Positions 27,857-32,000 of a stretch of DNA of 32,000 bases are shown in pieces. Numbering within the stretch: the stretch's first letter is position 1; each line of letters begins with the position of its first letter. Where the stretch lies: positions 7,440,001 through 7,472,000 of the forward strand of contig NC_010628.1 of the NCBI RefSeq assembly GCF_000020025.1. The letters are read 5' to 3'. This DNA comes from Nostoc punctiforme PCC 73102. Its GTDB lineage: Bacteria > Cyanobacteriota > Cyanobacteriia > Cyanobacteriales > Nostocaceae. Made by a program: the position numbers and the translations under genes. The notes under the pieces were generated by a model. It was not told the origin of the DNA and searched no databases. It was given only the letters and a program-made list of their open reading frames with translations.

Positions 27857-28621
27857 TTATTTGGATAATTTATTTCTTGGAAGTCCCTTAGATATATGAA
27901 TCTTTGTAGAGACGTTGCATTGCAACGTCTCTACAAAGATTTCGGTTCGGCTATTGCAAATTACCTTTTGAAGAACCTCTATAAAACCACTAAGAGAATC
28001 GCGATCGCTAAAAGCTTGTCCGCCTGTTTCTTTAGCTAATCTGGCGTATTCTTGCTGCAAAGTATCTTTAAATTTGCTCTTAGTCGTCCCAAAATAAGTA
28101 TGAACCTTTACTGTTGCTTGTTGAGCTTTTGCGATCGCTTTATTGGCAGCGATAATATCTTTTTCTTCAGTTTTATCTCCTCCAGCTTCAAGAGCTTCAT
28201 CTCCTAAATCAAAAATTGCTCGTGCTGCGCCTGGTCGCCAATCAAAATAAATTGAGATATCTTCTACAGTTCGAGCCGCATCTTCCTGCGCTCCCGCATC
28301 AGGTAATTATCCCCGCTTTCTAGCTCGTAGTCTCCCTTAGAAACTTGGCACTCTGTCAGGAGATAATCCCGTACTGTCCGATTAAAATTTGTCCCCTTCC
28401 AAGTACCTTCGATGCCAAACCAAATCACTCTCAAATTGCAAGGACAACTAGAAGAGGCGGTATTATATAGCGGCGGCGGCAGCATTGCTAAGGTTGAAAG
28501 CTTGATCTTTCATTGAAGGGCTAGTATCAATTACGACTACTAAATCCACTGGGTCTCTTGCTGTAGCGCTGTCGATTTTGCAAGGGCGCACTGTGGAAAT
28601 AATTTGCTGTGTTTGACTCAT
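27857..28621 (-). pseudogene. von Willebrand factor type A (vWA) domain gene disrupted by two compensating frameshifts
   Basis: Segment 1 (28621-28463) is MSQTQQIISTVRPCKIDSATARDPVDLVVVIDTSPSMKDQAFNLSNAAAAAI*, carrying the MIDAS motif DxSxS. The sequence continues in another frame (28485-28264, ...CNLRVIWFGIEGTWKG...). It then returns to the first frame (28306-27857, ...EDAARTVEDISIYFDWRPGAARAIFDLGDEAL...). Confidence 0.65.
27899..27941. repeat. Perfect 20-bp-stem, 3-nt-loop palindromic hairpin (AATCTTTGTAGAGACGTTGC ATT GCAACGTCTCTACAAAGATT)
   Basis: Read directly: 27899-27918 is the exact reverse complement of 27922-27941. It lies inside the 3' end of the vWA pseudogene reading frame. Confidence 0.9.
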
Positions 28622-28906
28622 ATCTTTGATATACACTGTGATTAGGTGATGCTGATTCCTGTTATTTTGTCACAGACTAAGAACAAATTTTGCCTCTGAT
28701 TTTTTTAGAACTAGCCCTTTCAATGTGTAAAAAACAGCAGATTCCGCAAGGTTGCAGGTGTGGCTATGCTATTGGAGTGAGAAATACTTTGCAGCACAAA
28801 ATCAAAATAGTCCTTACTAGGACAGCTTGGGATTTAAGTGAGATGCAGACACAAGAGAAAATAAAGGCAGTTTAAACGTAAGCTAAAAATAAAATACTTG
28901 GGTGCT

Positions 28907-30673
28907 ATGTCGATTCCAGGAATTTCTGAAGCAATAATCCGTCATAACTCCAACGCTTCATCCTACAGTCGTGGTGAAGAATATTACCGCAGGGGTGCGA
29001 TCGCCGAGCTCAAAAAACGAGGTAATCTGATTCAGGCAGAGATAGAGGGTAGCGAAATTACACCATATCAAGTCAGTATTCGTTTTGATGCAGGTGGAAT
29101 TACCTCAGCTTGTTGTACCTGTCCTTATGATTATGATGGTTGGTGCAAACATATCGTTGCTACCTTATTAAGCTGTTCGCGTCAATCAGAGATCATTGAA
29201 GAACGTCCAACACTAGAACAATTATTAAATCGCCTCGATCTTCTTCAAACTCAGCGATTACTGCAAGAACTGGTGGAAAATAGACCAGAAATAATTGATG
29301 ATATTGATGAGTTTGTAAGTTTGATAGACTTGCCAAAACCAAAAACTAAACAGTCTTCTACCCGTCAAAGCAAAATTGACACATCACCTTTTCGCTCTCA
29401 TGTCAAGCGGATTTTGCGGGATGGATTGAAAGAATTAGAGTATGGTTCAGAAGAAGACCCATTTACAGATGATTTACTGGCTGTAATTGAGAAAGTGCGA
29501 GAGTTAGCAGAAAATGGAGATGGGAATAATGCGATCGCAATTCTCGAAACTATTACCGAAACTTATGCCCAAGAATGGGACGAGTTGCTAGATTACGGTG
29601 GAGACAGTTATTCCATCGCAGAACCTCTTGACAGCGCCTGGACAGAAGCAATTTTGTGTGCAGAAATGTCTACAGGAGAAATACTAGATTTGCAGTTGAT
29701 GTTGGAATCATGGCAAGACGAAATCAGTGCAGACTTTAGTATGAGTTTAGAAGCATTGCGTCAAGGTTGGGATTATGAACCACTGCAACAAATTATGCAA
29801 GGAGATGATACCGCAGAACTTTGGGAAAATGAACGACCAAGCTTTGCTGATGATTTAGCATTGATTCGCTTGCAAATTCTTGAACGTCAAAATCGTTATA
29901 CAGAGTATTTAAATCTAGCTTTAGCAGAAGAAATGACTCTGCAATACCTGACGCAATTAGCAGCTTTGGGAAGAGTAGAAGAAGCCATGTCTGCGGCTAA
30001 AATCCTGATGGAAAAAGCAGAAGAGGGTTTTGCCTTAGCAAAAATATTGCGGGAAGATGGGTATTTGGTTGAAGCGTTAGAAATATGCCAAGCTGGTATC
30101 AATTTAACAGGTAACTGTTTATATGAATTTGCTAGTTGGACAAGTGATTTAGCCCAAGGATTAGAAGATAATGCTACTGCCTTAACTGCCAGTATCATTG
30201 CTTTTAAAATCAGACCATCGTTTCGAGACTATGGTAAGATTCAAGACTATGCAGGAGAAACTTGGTTGACGGTCAAACAAGATTTACTGCAAACACTACG
30301 AGATCAGCCAGATTGGGGAATAAAAGAAGCTCAAGTTGATATTTTCCTCCATGAAGGATTAATTGATGATGCAATTAAAACAGTAGAAAGAGATAGTTAC
30401 TATGCTTCAGAACTAGTTCATCGAGTCATGGATGCAGCAGTTTCCCATCGTCCAAAGTGGGTAATTGATAACGCTCGCAGACGGGCAGAACCAATAATGG
30501 AACAAGGAAAAGCTGACCGTTATGACGCTGCGGTTAATTGGCTCAAAAAAGTAAAAACTGCGTATCTTCAACTAGGACAAAAAGCTGAATGGTCTGCTTA
30601 TCGCTCACAACTAGAAGCGGCTCATGGACGTAAACGTAAATTAATGGAATTATTTAAAGAACTGAATAAATAG
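28907..30673 (+). CDS. SWIM zinc-finger protein with a long helical C-terminal region
   Basis: CxCx(n)CxH motif ACCTCPYDYDGWCKHIVATLL near the N-terminus, in a 588-aa protein counted from the ATG at 28907 (the track uses the TTG at 28898). Confidence 0.85.
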   Translation: MSIPGISEAIIRHNSNASSYSRGEEYYRRGAIAELKKRGNLIQAEIEGSEITPYQVSIRFDAGGITSACCTCPYDYDGWCKHIVATLLSCSRQSEIIEERPTLEQLLNRLDLLQTQRLLQELVENRPEIIDDIDEFVSLIDLPKPKTKQSSTRQSKIDTSPFRSHVKRILRDGLKELEYGSEEDPFTDDLLAVIEKVRELAENGDGNNAIAILETITETYAQEWDELLDYGGDSYSIAEPLDSAWTEAILCAEMSTGEILDLQLMLESWQDEISADFSMSLEALRQGWDYEPLQQIMQGDDTAELWENERPSFADDLALIRLQILERQNRYTEYLNLALAEEMTLQYLTQLAALGRVEEAMSAAKILMEKAEEGFALAKILREDGYLVEALEICQAGINLTGNCLYEFASWTSDLAQGLEDNATALTASIIAFKIRPSFRDYGKIQDYAGETWLTVKQDLLQTLRDQPDWGIKEAQVDIFLHEGLIDDAIKTVERDSYYASELVHRVMDAAVSHRPKWVIDNARRRAEPIMEQGKADRYDAAVNWLKKVKTAYLQLGQKAEWSAYRSQLEAAHGRKRKLMELFKELNK

Positions 30674-30733
30674 TAGTCTGTCAAGCTAACTTTGACGGGT
30701 GAGACACTTCTTAAACATCTCTTTTTTCTCTGA

Positions 30734-30759
30734 CTCTGTGCCCTCTGCGCCTCTGTGGT
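30734..30759. repeat. CT-rich dispersed repeat, second copy (see 27730-27755)
   Basis: CTCTGTGCCCTCTGCGCCTCTGTGGT lies in the 128-bp spacer between the SWIM gene and the next ORF. Confidence 0.5.
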
Positions 30760-30801
30760 TCGTTCCTTTACCCTTCAAACTTCACTTAACAGACCAATAG
30801 T

Positions 30802-32000
30802 ATGATTAATTTAGCAACTGATACCACAAAATTACAAATACAACTTGCGGATAAATACTTCAAATTACATCCTTCCATACAAAAAATTATCCAGTTATTT
30901 TCGGTAATTTATGCACCGATAGACAAAAATTCATTTGTAAGTTGTCTTAGTAAAATTGACGCTTTAGATGAAAACAATAAACCTTGGGTTACTAAAACCC
31001 TCAGTTCCCAAATTGATAAATTGTTAAAAGCAGGCTTGTTAATACAGGAAAGCAGGCAAGGTGCTGAATGTCATCCGTTACTCACAGAAATTGCTACTCG
31101 CCATGCTGTACAAACCGGACAGTTTGAAACCCTCGTCACAGCAGTAGAGGAGAAGCTACCAATACGTACTCACTGGAACAGAGATTCTCGAATATTCTAC
31201 AACTTACGCCAGTGTATCAGAGAAATCCGCATTGGTATTTATCGCCAAGACCTTAGTTTTATTAATCAGCAAATTGAAGCTTATCAGAAGTACAGTGATA
31301 GCGAAGAAAAAATAGTAATAGAAGATATCTTTGAGCAGATATACAATAATCCATTTGATGCAGATTGGTTTAACACCCTTCCACAAGGATTATATGAAAG
31401 TGGTATATCCAGTATCCTCTTCAATTCAGCCTTAAAATTATCTGCTTCTGAAGATGCGTTGATGTTGCTGGAAGAAGAATGTTCTACGCCTGGAAAACAT
31501 TGCTCAGATTATCTACATCTGATTTTGACAGAACAACTGTTGTTACAGGGTTGTACTCAAGAAGCACAAGAAAGTCTGGGGCGGATATCAAATGAATATC
31601 AAAATAACGCTGCGATTTTTTGGGGTTGGTTAAGTTTTCTGCGGGGTGATAATGAACAAGCCATCAAATATTATAAAGATGCCCTGAAAGCCATCAAAAA
31701 GGCTACAGGCAAACGCCAAATATATTTCAATACAATTGGGGGCTTATTTTTTATCCTCGCACTTTTAAAAGATGGTTCAGCGCAAAGCCTCCGCGAAGCA
31801 GAAGAATATACCAGTTTGATGTCCCGTCAATCAGATCATTGGCTCAGGTTCACTTATGGCAGACTGAAAATGGTATTGCAAGTCCACCAAGGCGATATTA
31901 CTCAAAAACAATTTGTAGTCAGTGGTCATATTTCTTCCGTGGAAGAAGAAAATAGCTTACAAACCTTGTTTTGTTCGCTATGCCTTTACTGGATGGATGC
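30802..32000 (+). CDS. Large ORF, N-terminal 399 codons only (continues past the window); possibly the SNF2-type helicase partner of the SWIM protein
   Basis: Hand translation from the ATG at 30802 (MINLATDTTKLQIQLADKYFKLHPSIQKIIQLF...) is open to the window end. It is helical/TPR-like (NEQAIKYYKDALKAIKKA). No ATPase motifs occur in the visible part, so the helicase identity is inferred only from the known SWIM-SNF2 gene pairing. Confidence 0.65.
   Translation, partial: MINLATDTTKLQIQLADKYFKLHPSIQKIIQLFSVIYAPIDKNSFVSCLSKIDALDENNKPWVTKTLSSQIDKLLKAGLLIQESRQGAECHPLLTEIATRHAVQTGQFETLVTAVEEKLPIRTHWNRDSRIFYNLRQCIREIRIGIYRQDLSFINQQIEAYQKYSDSEEKIVIEDIFEQIYNNPFDADWFNTLPQGLYESGISSILFNSALKLSASEDALMLLEEECSTPGKHCSDYLHLILTEQLLLQGCTQEAQESLGRISNEYQNNAAIFWGWLSFLRGDNEQAIKYYKDALKAIKKATGKRQIYFNTIGGLFFILALLKDGSAQSLREAEEYTSLMSRQSDHWLRFTYGRLKMVLQVHQGDITQKQFVVSGHISSVEEENSLQTLFCSLCLYWMD

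Noticed and set aside
28264-28485. 73-aa ORF (and the 67-aa ORF at 27857-28060) as independent genes
   Set aside because: Both read as consecutive pieces of one vWA-domain sequence once the 52-codon N-terminal piece (28621-28463) is added. They are treated as fragments of a frameshifted gene.
28690-28875. 61-aa plus-strand ORF in the vWA/SWIM divergent intergenic region
   Set aside because: It has a TTG start, no ribosome-binding site, a Cys/Lys-rich composition with no recognisable motif, and lies in a promoter-type region. There is not enough support to call it.
29896-31386. Minus-strand ORFs at 29896-30198 and 31204-31386
   Set aside because: They are antisense to the SWIM gene and to the long open frame starting at 30802, respectively.

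Overview
This looks like a chromosomal segment of a filamentous Nostoc/Anabaena-type cyanobacterium. The evidence is frequent HIP1 palindromes (GCGATCGC, e.g. 3499-3506 and 3531-3538), heptanucleotide tandem repeats, palindromic intergenic repeats, and gene content (gamma-tocopherol methyltransferase, ktrB-ktrA, pentapeptide-repeat and TPR proteins). All homology calls rest on motifs read by eye from the supplied translations; no searches were run. Positions 1-19.5 kb are ordinary core genes: a partial sugar ABC permease, a GIY-YIG-like protein, a DUF1003 protein, an ABC ATPase, gamma-TMT, ktrB/ktrA, a TPR protein, queA, a YraN-like protein, a pentapeptide protein, a cell-wall amidase, pyrG, a small internally duplicated protein, an arginase-family ureohydrolase and an FAD monooxygenase. 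Positions 19.5-32 kb look accessory and repeat-rich. The stand-out is one 1109-aa ORF (20527-23856) with LRR(x18)-Roc GTPase-COR-TIR architecture. This is a ROCO-type switch fused to a TIR domain that keeps the putative catalytic Glu, so it is a candidate single-protein immune sensor/NADase that I do not know to be characterised. Its LRR array is a near-perfect 69-bp tandem repeat containing an exact 276-bp duplication. Other accessory content: a translationally coupled small-protein plus retropepsin-like protease pair; an orphan Cache-HAMP-GAF histidine kinase; a 21-bp tandem array; a vWA gene broken by two compensating frameshifts; and a SWIM zinc-finger gene followed by a large ORF that runs off the window. 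No rRNA, tRNA, CRISPR array, transposase or integrase was recognised.
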